A DNA stretch of 64,000 bases, from the NCBI RefSeq assembly GCF_004010195.1, contig NC_057719.1, positions 39,844,872-39,908,871 of the forward strand, read 5' to 3'. Below, in pieces: positions 1 to 12,783 of the stretch. The stretch is from Chiloscyllium plagiosum. Lineage: Eukaryota. A program made the translations under genes and the position numbers. The notes under the pieces are model-generated. The model made no database searches. It had not been told where the DNA came from and saw nothing but the letters and a program-made list of their open reading frames with translations. The stretch's first letter is position 1. The number at the start of each line of letters is the position of its first letter.

Positions 1-623
1 GTGAAAGGGTTCAGAAAAGACTTACAAGGATGTTGCCAGGGTTGGAGGATCTGAGCTACAGGGAGAGGCTGAACAGGCTGGGGCTGTTTTCCCTTGAGCG
101 TCGGAGGCTAAGCGGTGACCTTATATAGGTTTACAAAATTGAGGGGCATGGATAGGGTAACTAGACAATGTCTTTCCCTGGAGTGGAGGATCTGAGCTAC
201 AGGGAGAGGCTGAACAGGCTGGGGCTGTTTTCCCTTGAGCGTCGGAGGCTAAGCGGTGACCTTATATAGGTTTACAAAATTGAGGGGCATGGATAGGGTA
301 ACTAGACAATGTCTTTTCCCTGGAGTCGGGGAGTCCAGAACTAGAGGGCATAGGTTTAGGGTGAGAAGGGAAAGATATAAAAGAGACCTAAGGGGCAACT
401 TTTTCATGCAGAGGGTGGTGCGTGCATGGAATGAGCTGCCAGAGGATGTGGTGGAGGCTGGTACAATTTAAGAGGCATTTGGATGGGTATATGAATAAGA
501 AGGGTTTGGAGGGATATGGGCCGGGTGCTGGCAGGTGGGACTAGATTGGGTTGGGATATCTGGTCGGCATGAACGGGTTGGACCGAAGGGACTGTTTCCA
601 TGCTGTACATCTCTATGACTCTA
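1..623 (+). mobile_element. CR1 LINE 3' end with an internal 141-bp tandem duplication
   Basis: ORF2 C-terminus (ESRTRGHRF...FFMQRVVRAWNELPEDVVEA) and ctctatgactcta tail. Unit 43-183 is repeated from 184. Confidence 0.9.
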
Positions 624-933
624 AATCGCGGATTTAAGTGAGAATGTTCTAGAGTTCATGCTTCTGTTAAATACTTAACCTAAAGTGATCATGCACATAT
701 TCTACATGATAGGATGTATTTTTAATTTCTTCATATCCGCTTGAACTCATATGTTCAAGTGTTTAATATAAAACGTCAAAGATCTGTTCATTTCCAGACA
801 AACATTCATGAAATGTGTATTGTGGCTACAATTGTTCACAAATATGGGCACACAGTTTGAACTGCTTTTACTCTGAAACTTTAAGAGAAATGCCAATTAT
901 TTATTATCTAAACTGAAATACTTTTTTTTTCAG

Positions 934-1131
934 ATTTCAAGTTTCCAAAGTCCTGCAGACTCACACCATGACTGGGTTGGCCCTCCAGATAGGCTTTCAA
1001 ACCTAAGACCTATGAAATATTATGCACCAAAGCTTGAATCCGAACTGGAGCAGGAACTGAGGAAGTTAAGGATGGCTACACAAGTCTGGAATCAGAACTT
1101 TTGGTTGAATCAGAATGTAACTTTCAACAAG
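934..1131 (+). CDS. COA8: COA8 (APOPT1, cytochrome c oxidase assembly factor 8) internal coding exon (probably exon 2)
   Basis: Acceptor ttttttttcag|ATT and donor AAG|gttagt. 198 nt encode [66 protein letters not shown], matching the remembered COA8 signature HDWIGPPD..SNLRP...WNQ.FW.NQN.TF.K. Confidence 0.95.
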
Positions 1132-2779
1132 GTTAGTGGTATGAATGATTTGAGGTACTCCGTGCTCTTAATGTTGGGAGTTTCTGATGTTTGTTTAAGC
1201 CACATGATGCAAACAGCCTTTTTAATATTGTTTACAAAGGATTTAGCTAACATAAAACATGACATTTGGCATAACCAACCCATTATGTGTTTATGCTTTG
1301 CCTGAGCCTTCTTCCATTTTTCCTCATTCCCACCCGACAAATGCTTGTTCAGCTTCCCTTTAAACATATCTATATTGTTGACTTCAACCATTGTATTATA
1401 CTCCTGATAGCTAGTCAGTGAAAGAAGAAATGAAAGCTAGTTTTTAGTACTTTACAATTTACTTTACAACTTACTTTTACTTTACAATTTACTAAATTGA
1501 TTTATTCACATAGTGAAACATCACAAAGTGTAACTTCTGACTCCACTCTACACCTATGTTAGTATATGTCTCTTCATTCACTCTTGAGCAAGTTGGGAAA
1601 AAAAACAAGCTAATTAACAAATTGACATCCAGTTCTGTAAAAAAGATACTTTGAAAATATCAGCACTTGAAAGGAAACTTTTAAAGTAATGATCCTGTGA
1701 CTGATAGTGCACCCAATCTCTCAAGTTTGTGATCTTTATGGATTTTCTTTTCAGGGTAGTCCATGTGGAAATCTGTAGAATCTTGGAAAATTAACACCAA
1801 TGCATTTATTATCTCAGCAGCTACTTGTTACTTTTTAGTTCTAGTAATTTTGTAAGTACCCTTTCCCTACTTTTAATATTTTAAGTTCCTCCTTCTCATT
1901 TTTGTCCTGATTTACAATTATTTCTGGGATGCTATTTGTACCTTCTACATCAAGACAGATGGAAAATATCTTTTTAATTGAGTTACCATTTACTTATTTG
2001 TCATTATGAACTCCGCAGACTTTTCTTCGAGGATAAAAGCTCACTGTATTTATTCTTTTCCTTTTCAAATAACTGTAAAGTGTGAGGTGAAAGAGGAATC
2101 AATAACCAGGGGAATCAATTTAAGTTAAAAGGGCAGAAGGTTCACCGGGTGTAACAAAAACTGTTTTTTAGATGGGAAACTCTCATAATATTTAAGAAGT
2201 ATTTAGATGTGCATTTGCAATGCCAAACCATATAAGGCTTATGGGCTAAGTGTTAAAAAATTGAGATAAGATGAATTAGATGGTTGTTCTGACCAGCACA
2301 GACCTGAAGGGGCAAAGGACCAATTTCTGTGTTGTAGAACTCTTAACTCTGAGTTCATCAGGATAATGTCCTAGACCCAAACACCTTCAGCTGCTTCTGA
2401 TCAATGGTTAGCTTCCAGGATGTTGATAGTGGACAATTCAGTGATGGTAATGTCATTGAATGTCTCAGGATGATGGTTAGATTCTCTTGTTAGAGATGTT
2501 AATTGCCTTGCATTTGTTCGATGTGAATATTACTTGCCACCTTTCAGCACAAACATGGATGTTGTCCAAGACTTGCTGTGTTCAGGCATGAACTGCTTCA
2601 GCATCTGAGGAGTTGCGAATGATGCTGGACATCATGCAATCATCAGTGAACATTGCTATCTCTGACCTTCTGACAGAGGGAAGGTCATTGATGAAGTAGC
2701 CACCATTAGATTAGTGCTTGCATTGCCTTTTGTAGGCACTGATGTAGTGGTATTGTCACTGGACTCATAATAGAGAGAC

Positions 2780-3908
2780 TCACTGGACTCATAATTTACC
2801 TGGACCATCTCTGACACCTGCCTCCCCTTCCTGGACCTCTCCATCTCCATCAGTGACGACCGACTTGACACTGACATCTTCTACAAACCCACCGACTCCC
2901 ACAGCTACCTGGATTACACCTCTTCCCACCCTACCTCTTGCAAAAATGCCATCCCGTATTCCCAATTCCTCCGCCTCCGCCGTATCTGCTCCCAGGAGGA
3001 GCGGTTCCACCATAGAACACACCAGATGGCCTCCTTCTTTAGAGACCGCAATTTCCCTTCCCACGTGGTCAAAGATGCCCTCCAACGCATCTCATCCACA
3101 TCCCGCACCTCCGCCCTCAGACCCAACCCCTCCAACCGCAACAAGGACAGAACGCCCCTGGTGCCCACCTTCCACCCTACCAACCTTCGCATAAACCAAA
3201 TCATCCGCCAAGTGACCAGTAATCTCTCTCACTCATACCACTTGGCGTTGGCAACTGTTGGAAAGATTTAGTGGTTGATCCTTCACCTGTTGGACCACAC
3301 AATGGACACACGTTCTTTGGATGTTAGACCCTTCTGTAGGACTTGAAGCCACAGCCTCTGGCTCAGGGGAAGGGACATGACCCACTGCTAATGGGAGGTG
3401 GGAAGACCCATAGAAGAGGTTTACTGAATATCCTGCAGAGTTTCCTGGTGAGGCTGCTTTGAGTGGGATTCCCAATGATAGACGACTAGATTGCCAGGAG
3501 TAGAAGGTCTGAAAGTGCAGATTCTGGACAGTTTTGGTGGTGGGGTGGTGAATGAGTCATGGCAATTTTTCATCCTGGGACCTAGATTGTGGGGGTTGTG
3601 CATACAATACGAAGAATATTAAAATGAAGCCATGCAGCCTCATTGTAATGTTGAAATGACCAACACTCACGTGACTGAATTTTCCGTCTGCCTCTTGTTC
3701 TGCCTGCCTTGAAGAAGTTTTCCTCCCCACCCCCACCCTCCTCTAGCTTATCTCTCCACGCTTCAGGCTCTCTGCCTTTATTCCTGATGAAGGGCTTTTG
3801 CCCGAAACGTCGATTTTGCCTGTCCTCGGATGCTGCCTGAATTGCTGTGCTCTTCCAGCACCACTGATCCAGAATCTGGTTTCCAGCATCTGCAGTCATT
3901 GTTTTTAC
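2780..3908 (+). mobile_element. Composite Penelope-like insertion: RT/thumb fragment, non-PLE DNA, then PLE 3' end
   Basis: 2795-3211 translates FTWTISDTCLPFLDLSI...DIFYKPTDSHSYLDYTSSHPTSCKNAIPYSQFLRLRRICS (PLE RT C-terminal motifs). 16-bp TSD ctcataatagagagac at 2764-2779 and 3909-3924. Confidence 0.85.
3784..3811 (+). ncRNA. Minimal hammerhead ribozyme motif (PLE-associated)
   Basis: CTGATGA-A-GGGC-TTTT-GCCC-GAAA-CGTC: both catalytic core boxes, a 4-bp stem II, a short palindromic stem III and a GUC triplet. Confidence 0.8.
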
Positions 3909-5507
3909 CTCATAATAGAGAGACCCAGGGAATGTTCTAGGGACGTAGGTTCAGTTTTAAATTTAATAAAAATCTTAAATTAAAAGTAAAATGACCACGA
4001 ATCCAATTTCAATTCGTGTAAATCCCAATCTTGTTCATTAATGTCCTTTAGGGAAAGAAAACTGTAGCTCCTACTGGTCTGGCCTACATGTAACTCCATT
4101 GCCAAAGCAATGTGTTTGACTCTTAATTAATCTCTTAAAAGGCCTACCAAGCCAGACAGTTGTATCAACTGCTAAAAAGTCTCAAAAGGAAATCAAACCA
4201 ATGGCATCAACCTAAGTGCTGGAAGCAACAACATCAAACTGAGCTCCATCAACCCTGTAAAGCTTTCCTTACCGACTTTTAGGAGTAAGTGGTAAAATTT
4301 GGAGAACTGCCTTGCAGACTAGTTGAACTACAGACTGGTATAGCCATGCTCAAGAGTCTTACCTTCCACAATGACCCAAACAACAATATCATCATCCATG
4401 GATATGTCCTGTTCCACTGGATTAACAAAAAACAGCAGTTGCAGTGGCACTGTGTTATACAGCAGGGAATGATTTGCCCAGGGACTCTTCAACATGGACT
4501 GTGAATCCTATGAAGTCTCATGACATTGGATCAGAAATGGGCAAGGTAATTGCCTGCTGTTTACCATGTACAGCCCGCCTCAACTGATGAACCAGTACTC
4601 CTCCACGTTGAACACCACATTGAGCAAGTATGGAGGGTGACAGTGGTACAGAATGTACTCTGGGTGGAAAATTTTGTGCACCATGAAGAGTAGCTCGGCA
4701 GCATCATTGCTGATTAATCTAGTCGAATCCTAAAGGACACAGCTACAAGATTAGATCTGCAGAAGATGGTGGAAAAGATGTACTTGACCTTACCCTCACC
4801 AGTCTGCCTGCTGCAAATGCATTTGTTCATGACAGTATAAGTAAGAGTGACAACTGCACATTCTTTGGTGAGACCAAGTCCCATCTTTTCATTGAAGGAC
4901 TCCTCCATCATGTTGTGTGGCATTATCACTGTACTAAATGAGATAAACAAACAACTTGAGGCTGGGCATGATTTGCTGTGAGCCATTAGTGGCAGCAAAA
5001 TTGTACTTAAACATAATCTGCAACCTGAAGGCCTGACCTTTCCCTCATGTACCTAAAAATGAGGTACCAACCTGGTGAAGCTACAAAATAGAACTGCCTC
5101 TGTGTTTTAAACAGCAGAAGCAGCAAATGTTAGGGCTAAACGATTCCACCATCAACGCATCAGGCCTAAGCTCTGCAGTCCTGCTGCATCCAGGAATGAA
5201 TTATGGCATACGGTTAAATCACTGGAGGAGGGGGTGCTCCTTGTCCTCAATGTTATATCAAAAAGATAAGGCTGAAACATTTGTGACAAGGATCAGCTGC
5301 AAATGTCAAGTGGATGATTCAACTCTGCCTCTCTTCCAGATGTCACCAGCATTGCTGATGCCAGTCTTCAGCCAAATCGATTTGCTCCATGCGTTGTTGT
5401 GAAACAGCTGGAACATTGGATGCTGCAAAGGGTATATGTTCTGACAATAGTACTGAGGATGTATGTCCAGCACTTGCCACACCTCAAACCAGACGGTGTT
5501 CTAGTGC

Positions 5508-5847
5508 CTTGAATGTAGATTTATCCAGCTTCCTCATTTCCCCTCCCTCCTTTTTGTACTTATCTCAGTCCCAACCCCCGGATTCAGCACAGCCCTCTTG
5601 ACCTGTAATCTTCTTCCCAACCTCTCCGTCCCCACCCCGTCTCCGGCCTATCACCCTCACCTCCTTCCACCAATCATATTCCCAGTGCCCCTCCCCCAAA
5701 TTCCCTCCCCCCCCCTACCCTTTATCTTAGCTCACTTGGCACATCCACCTCATTCCTGAAGAAGGGCTTATGCCCGAAAAGTTGATTCTCCTGCTCCTCG
5801 GATGCTGCCTGGCCTGCTGTGTTTTTCCAGCACCACATTTTTCAACT
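5508..5847 (+). mobile_element. PLE 3' fragment with hammerhead motif at 5756-5783
   Basis: 12-bp TSD gtgttctagtgc at 5496-5507 and 5848-5859. Motif CTGAAGA-A-GGGC-TTAT-GCCC-GAAA-AGTT. Confidence 0.8.
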
Positions 5848-8800
5848 GTGTTCTAGTGCACTTACATCATGCATTCACCTGACAATGCGAAGAGTTGCCC
5901 TGGTATTTCCTGCACACAAAGTAGGACAACTCCAACTCTATTAATAATCACCTTATCAGTCTACTCTCAATTGCAGAAAAATGTTATGTCATCAACAGTA
6001 CACTTCTACAGCAATAACCTGCTCATAACACTCAATTTGGGTTCCACCAGAGCCACTCCCCTCCTGACCACATTAAAGCCTTAATTCAAATAGGTCAAAA
6101 GAATTGAATTCCAGAGGTGAGGTGAGAATGACTGCCCTTCACATCAAGGCCACATTTGACTAAGTGTGGCATCAAAGAGCCCTTGCAAAACATGAGTCAA
6201 TGGAATGGAGGTAAAACTCTCAGCTGGTTGGAGTCAAACTTAGCACAATGATGATTGTATGAGGTCACAATATCTATGCAGGAGTTCCTCAGCGTTTAAA
6301 CCCAACTATCTTCAGTTGCTTCATCTGTAAAGTTCCCTCCATCGTAAGGCCAGAGGTGGGGATGTTTGCTGCTGATTGTGCAATGTTTCGCACTGTTCAT
6401 GACTTTTCACATACTGGAGAGATCCATATCCAAATGCAATAGTATCAACATTTGAGCTTACAAGTAACTTTCATGCCACACACTGTCAGGCAATGACCAT
6501 CTCAAAAAGAGAAAATCCAACCATCACCCCTTGATATTCAATTACCATTGCTGAATCCCAATGTCTACGTCTTGGGGGTTCCCATTGACTTGAAATTGAA
6601 TTGGACTAGCCATATAAATACTTCAGATACAAGACCAGATAAGATACTAGAAATCCTGCAGTAAGTTGCTCTCATAATAACTCCCTAAAGTACATCCACT
6701 TTCTACAAGGCACAGGTCAGGAATATTCAATTTACCTGGTTGAGTACAGCTCCAACAACACGCAAGAAGCTTAACAACATTCAGGAAAAAGCATCTGGCT
6801 TGATTGGCAATACATCCATAAACATGCACTTCTGTCATTACCAAAACTCAGCAGCCATACATATAAGATATACTAGGAGAATTTGCCAAGGCTATTTAAG
6901 ACAGGACCTTTCAAGTGCATGACCACTGCTATCTAGAAGAATATGGGCAGTAGATACATGAGAACACCATCATCTGTAAGTTGCTCTTCAAGCCACTTAT
7001 TATTCTAACTTGGAAGTGTGTCACTGTTCCATACTTGCAATGGGTTAAAAGCCTGGAACTCCATCCCTAACAGCATTGTGAGTCCACCTACAGCAAATGA
7101 ACTGCAGCTGATCAAGAAGGTGGTAATAGTAATGAACCAGTGACTCCCATATTCCATTAATGAGCAGTAAAAACAAAATGACAAAATAATGTTTACTGCT
7201 GGTTTCAGACCATCATTCTGATAGGATCCCACTGTGATCTTCAATGAAGTTGGAGAAGGGACCGTCTAGAGATCCTGTCCTATCAGAATGATATCAGAGA
7301 TGATATTGGAATTTTAAATGTCAACTGAAGTTGGGTAGTTTGTTATCTATAATGTTAAACAACTTCAGTTAAGTTTAGGTCTGTGTTATTGTTGCCCTCC
7401 AGAAAATTTACATTCTCTTCTAATTTTTCCTAACGTATTTTTTTAAAAAGCTTGTAGATTTTCCACTGTAAACTGCAAAATGCTCGGGACAGCTTAAGCT
7501 TTGTTCATTGCAGAACTACCTAATTATAATATTAAAGATCTTGTGACTGCAAACACATTCCTTTTTGTACTTATTCCATATCATTATTACTTCATAATGT
7601 GAAACTAATTCTTAATCATATTGCATGTGTATTACAATAAATCTCCTTTGCCGATTCATTCTTTCAACTCTAGGTGGCACTGCCAACATTTTTTTCACAT
7701 TACTTCTGTCACATTAACTTGAATTGCTTTCTCCTCTAGAACAAGTTTAAAGGTATTAAAATAAATACAGACTGATCTAAAAGAACAATTTACAAACTAC
7801 TTATGGTCAAATATTTTGTATCCTCATATTTTCAAGATTTCTGCTATTTCAGTACCATACACAATTAACTAGCATGCTGCTATCACAGTTGCTGCAGAAT
7901 ACAGATTGGGAAATACATTTTAAATCTTAGAACCTGCGTTGATAGTTTATTTTTATTCTGAGGAGAGTTTGTCTCATAATTTTGCACTGTTGCTAAGTAG
8001 TTATTGTTCAACTATTTAAACTGCTTGTCACTTACAGTCCATCAAGAAATGAAGATCGAACTTGAACCACTAAAGGCTAAAATTTTTTAGAGCTGATAAA
8101 AATTAAACAATATGTTTCCAAATATAGGTGCAGACACCACATAAAATAAAAAAATGTTTGAATCTGTAACTTATTCTTTACTTTGGGGTGGGATTTTTTT
8201 CCTGCTGCATTCCTCACTTGTGCCTTGTAGATGGTGGGTGTGCTTTGGGCATGTCAATACGAGAGTTATTCATTGCAGGATTACTAACCTCTGATCTGCT
8301 CTTGTACCCACAGTACCTTGTATCCTCCTATCATTCTCAGTATTCTCTTTCTGTATACAAGTAAATCATGAAATTCCACATACACGTGTATAAATTTAGA
8401 GACAACTGTGAAACCCCAATCCCGTAGTTACTGATTGCAGAGTAGATTTTTTTTAGAACTGGACTTGGGATGCTACGACCTCCCTTTTCTCTTACAGACA
8501 AAAAGGAATCCTCCAATGACCAAAATCTCCTCTTTGCTAACCACAGCAACTAACTATAGTGCCTGAAAATTCAAGGACTAACTCTAGCACAACTAATTCC
8601 ACTTCCCATGTGGCATCTAGTATTCCTCAGGACAAAATCCCAGCGAAGGCACGAGAACATACAACATTGGTGGAATATGCTTTGGCAGTTGAACTTTGGA
8701 GATTCTATAATTGTACTGTGCAAGTAACCGTGTTTGGACAGTTTTAGTTTTGGCCAATGAGCATTTCTTTTAGAGTTGGTCATTTGGATCATCTTTGCAA

Positions 8801-9750
8801 CTGATCCCAGAGGAAAAGAGAGAATTAGCAAGTTTGCAGTGTCGGTACCAATAGTTCAATGCCACTACATGATGAGATTATACTTGCATCACATTGACAG
8901 AAGTGGAGTCCACTTTATATATATTTTACTTTTTTCTTGTTGTTTTCAACTTTCCCTTGCCTGATCCCAACAAATGTCCTTCTGCATAGTCATCTCCTTA
9001 GTTTAATTAGAGAAGAGCTTTGATTCTGCTAGATCAGTTCTGACTACTGTATGCTTTTTTTCTGGCAGACCTTTCAATCAGTCTGCCAGTATGCATGAGC
9101 ACTGATGTCTTATGTGCTGGGAAAACTTGTATTTTTTTGTGTGATGTGCCTTTAAAAGAAAATAGATTTTGAAAAAGGGTTTGTTGGTTTCCATATTCTA
9201 CCATTGTTTGGATTCTGAGAAATGTCCATTATTATTTGAATGTGAGCAGCTAAGAAGCAAAGGATGTATAGAAAGATAACTACAGTGGGGCGGAGTTTCA
9301 GTCTTTTTTTCTGTGCAGCAGTTTACAACACTGAGAATATATGCAAACAGCAAACCAGTAAGCATTTTTGAGTGGAACAATTTTTTGTTTGGCAGTCTTT
9401 AAACAGTTCCTGAGCTGAAGCAGGTCTCTGAGAATGTTACAGTGTGCAGTTCGAAAGGACAAAACATTGAAGACAGGAAGACCAAGGGATTGTGGCTTGG
9501 ACAATATTGATTGCTGCTGCTGAAGTAGTGCCGGATCCCACTGTGATCTTCATTGAAGTTGGAGAAGGGACCGTCTAGAGATCCTGTCCTTTCAGAATGG
9601 TTATGACCTGAGTGAGAGAAGATTTGTAAACATGTGCCTCGCGGCTTATAACTGTGTCTCAGATGGATTATGTTTACCAATGAGTACAACTTGAGGGCTA
9701 AAATTGATGGTTGGCTGATGTGATATCCAACAAACAAAGGCTGGCTTGTA

Positions 9751-10575
9751 AAGACTGAGAGATTGCATGTGATGCTATATTTGTGTAGCAAGTAAGTGCT
9801 TTTAATTATGTAAGGCATAAGTCTGTATCAAGTATTCAAAGTGAAATTGACCCTTTTTTGAATTTTCCATCAGTTGTTAACTAAAGTTTAAAATTGTTTT
9901 TATTTTATTGGTTTGCAACAATAAAGCTTTTAAAGTGAAATCTTGCCCAGCAATTTTCTTTCTGTTGAAACTCTTCTCTCATTACATTTATTGCTCTCAA
10001 TAGGGATTATAACTTTAGGCTCTTGCTTGCATTTCTTTTGTTGATATTATCCAAGCTTTGTCAATTATGGTATAAAGATGTTCTTTCTACATTAATTACT
10101 TGATTTTTATATCTTACTATTTTGGACCATTTACATTTGTGAAGCACCAGGCACTGTTCAAATGTTTTAAATATTAATATCCAATTATTTCATTTTTAAA
10201 ACGTGGTACTGCATTTGAGCTCCAATACCTATTAAAATGTGGTGGGTTATTCGATTTTTGTAATTCACTCTAATTGCATTCACTCTTTTGTGGGTTGTGT
10301 GTATTGCTTGGAAAAAAAAGTAGAATGTATTCCCCATTCCTATGCCTTTGAGAAGGTTGTGCTGAGCTGCCTTCTTGAGCCACTGCAGTCATCTCGATGG
10401 GCATACACCTGCACTACTGTCCGGTTTTTTAACTTAGCAAATATTCATAAAGGGAGTGCAGTGTTTTCCACAGAAGCTAACTCTGATTTGATGGAATGCT
10501 AAACCTGGAGTGTAAATGAAATGCGAAGGTACAAACTTTCTCCCTAACGGTATTGTGCATTTCCTAAGATTGTGT
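9751..10575 (+). repeat. Left arm (source copy) of an 825-bp inverted duplication
   Basis: Reverse complement of 12784-13608 (mirror coordinates sum to 23359). Only about 2 substitutions noticed. Confidence 0.95.
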
Positions 10576-10759
10576 GGATTGCAGTGGTTTGAGAAGGCAG
10601 TTCATCACTATCTTCTTAAGAGCAATTAGGAACAGGGAATACATGCTGATTGGGCAATAAATGCCACATCTCATAAATAAATTTTAAGAAATGATTTTGG
10701 ACCTCAGCACAATTGCTGTAGCTACTTTGAGAGTGCTTCATTTGTATTATTTTGAGGTA

Positions 10760-11800
10760 CATTATAGGCCATTGTATAACAGAAACAGTAGCAAAATGAG
10801 TACAAAATTGGCTGAGTAGTAGGAAACAGATACTAAAGGTCAATGGATGTTTTTCGGAAGATTTGTAGTGGAGTTCCCCAGGGGCTGATATTGGGAGCCT
10901 TGCTTCTTCTAATAATATAATAATGATCTTGAATCTTGGTGTATAGGGCACAATTTCAAAGTTTGCAGATGAAACAAAACTTGAAACAATTGTAGGCTGT
11001 GAGGAAGACTATATGGAACTCCAAAAGGATATTGACAAGTTGGTGGAAAGGGTGTATAGGTGACAAATGAGGTTCAATGCAGAGAAATGTGAGGTGATGC
11101 AGTTTGATTGGAAGAACATTTGAAAGACAATATAAAGTAGAAGGTATCTGTCTAAAGTGGGTGCAGGAACAGAGGGTCCTGGGTGTATGTGTGCACAGAT
11201 CATTGAAGGTGGCATGACACATGGATAAAGCAAGTAATAAATTATGCAGTGTCATCTGCTTTATTTACAGGCATAGAGTACAAGAGCAAGGAGATAATGT
11301 ATAACTTGTACACAATACTTAACCAGCCACTTGTTAAATCTCAGTTGGAATATTGTGTACAGTTGTAAGTGCCACATTTTAAGAAATAAATGAATACTTT
11401 GGAGAGGGTGCAGAAGCAATTGGCAAGAATGGTTCCAGGAATGAGAAAATTTGAAAAGAAGAAGGCTGAGAAGAGATTTGATAGAGGTTTTCAAAATCAT
11501 GAGAGAGCTGGTATAGTAGATAGGGGGAAACTGTGCCTGCTCGTAAAATGAACAAGAAAGAGGGTATAGATTTCAAGTAATGTGCAAAAGGAGCAAGTAG
11601 TTAGAGTGTAGAATGACTGCCTGGAAATGTGGTAGAAGCAGGTTCAACTGAAACATTGAAAAGGTATTGGATAATTATTTGGTTAGAAATAGTATGCAAT
11701 AATAATAATAATAAAGGCAGGAGATTGTAATGATGTTACTTTGAAGAGTTGGTGCAGGTATGATGGACTGAGTGGCCTCCTCCTGCATTGTAACAATTCT
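10760..11800 (+). mobile_element. Old degenerate CR1 LINE 3' part
   Basis: Decayed ISKFAD(E)TK and W...FNAEKC motifs and a CR1-like 3' region. Confidence 0.75.
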
Positions 11801-11944
11801 GATTGTAAATTAATATTACATCTCAAGATTACAAACAGAACTTTGCATAAATAGTAAAGCAGTGTCTTCAGCGGAAACCTCTGGTGCAATTGCTTATAAG
11901 CAATGATCTACTCAACAGTTGTGAGTGAGAATTCTGTGCACAGG

Positions 11945-12685
11945 ATCTATATGGACTCCAGTAAGGTGTTCGACAGGATTCCCCATGGGAGGCTGGTTAG
12001 CAAGGTTAGATCCCACGGAATACAGGGAGAACTAGCCATGTGGATACAGAACTGGCTCAAAAGTAGAAGACAAGAGGGTGGTGGTGGTGGTGGTGGTGGT
12101 GGTGGAGGGTTGTTTTCAGACTGAAGGCCTGTGACCAGTGGAGTGCCACAAGGATCGGTGCTGGGTCCTCTACTTTTCGTCATTTACATAAATGATTTGG
12201 ATGCGAGCATAAGAGGTACGGTTAGTAAGTTTGTAGATGACACCAAAATTGGAGGTGTGGTGGACAGCGAAGAAGGTTACCTCAGACTACAACAGGATCT
12301 CGATCAGATGGCCCAGTGGGCTGAAAAGTGGCAGATGGAGTTTAATTCAGATAATTGCAAGGTGCTGCATTTTGGGAAAGCAAATCTTAGCAGGACTTAT
12401 ACACTTAATGGTAAGGTCCTAGGGAGTGTTGCTGAACAAAGAGACCTTGGAGTGCAGGTTCATAGCTCCTTGAAAGTGGAATCGCAGATAGATAGGATAG
12501 TGAAGAAGACGTTTGGTATGCTTTTGTTTATTGGTCAGAGTATTGAGTACAGGAGTTGGGAGGTCATGTTGTGGCTGTACAGGACATTGGTTAGGCCACT
12601 GTTGGAATATTGCGAGCAATTCTAGTCTCCTTCCTATCGGAAAGATATTGTGAAACTTGAAAGGGTTCAGAAAAGATTTACAGGG
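11945..12685 (+). mobile_element. CR1 LINE RT fragment
   Basis: [23 protein letters not shown]...SKFVDDTK. (GGT)9 expansion at 12077-12103. Confidence 0.92.
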
Positions 12686-12783
12686 ATCAACATAGTTCCA
12701 GGGGACCAAAGACTGTTCTCTGAGATGATTGAGGGTTATCATGTCTCAGCTGAAGAGCAAGGTTGAGAAGGCAGGACTTTTGG

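Larger units (their letters stand above)
2735..7140 (+). mobile_element. Degenerate CR1/L2-group LINE with a tRNA/SINE-like 5' head, interrupted by PLE insertions at 2780-3908 and 5508-5847
   Basis: Head gatgtagtggtattgtcactggact resumes after the TSD at 3925. Decayed endonuclease-like start near 4280 (KFGEL...IHGYVLFH) and RT-like remnants at about 5400-6800. Related minus-strand pieces at about 2360-2700, 19340-19925 and 41180-41590. Confidence 0.55.

Noticed and set aside
1132..1305. Extension of the 1012-1305 ORF, and likewise 62535-62576
   Set aside because: Homology stops at consensus splice donors; the extensions are intronic.
9139..10013. Possible solo LTR (TG start, internal AATAAA, ...ggattataac end)
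   Set aside because: No clean terminal CA or TSD could be verified by eye; this needs a repeat-library search.
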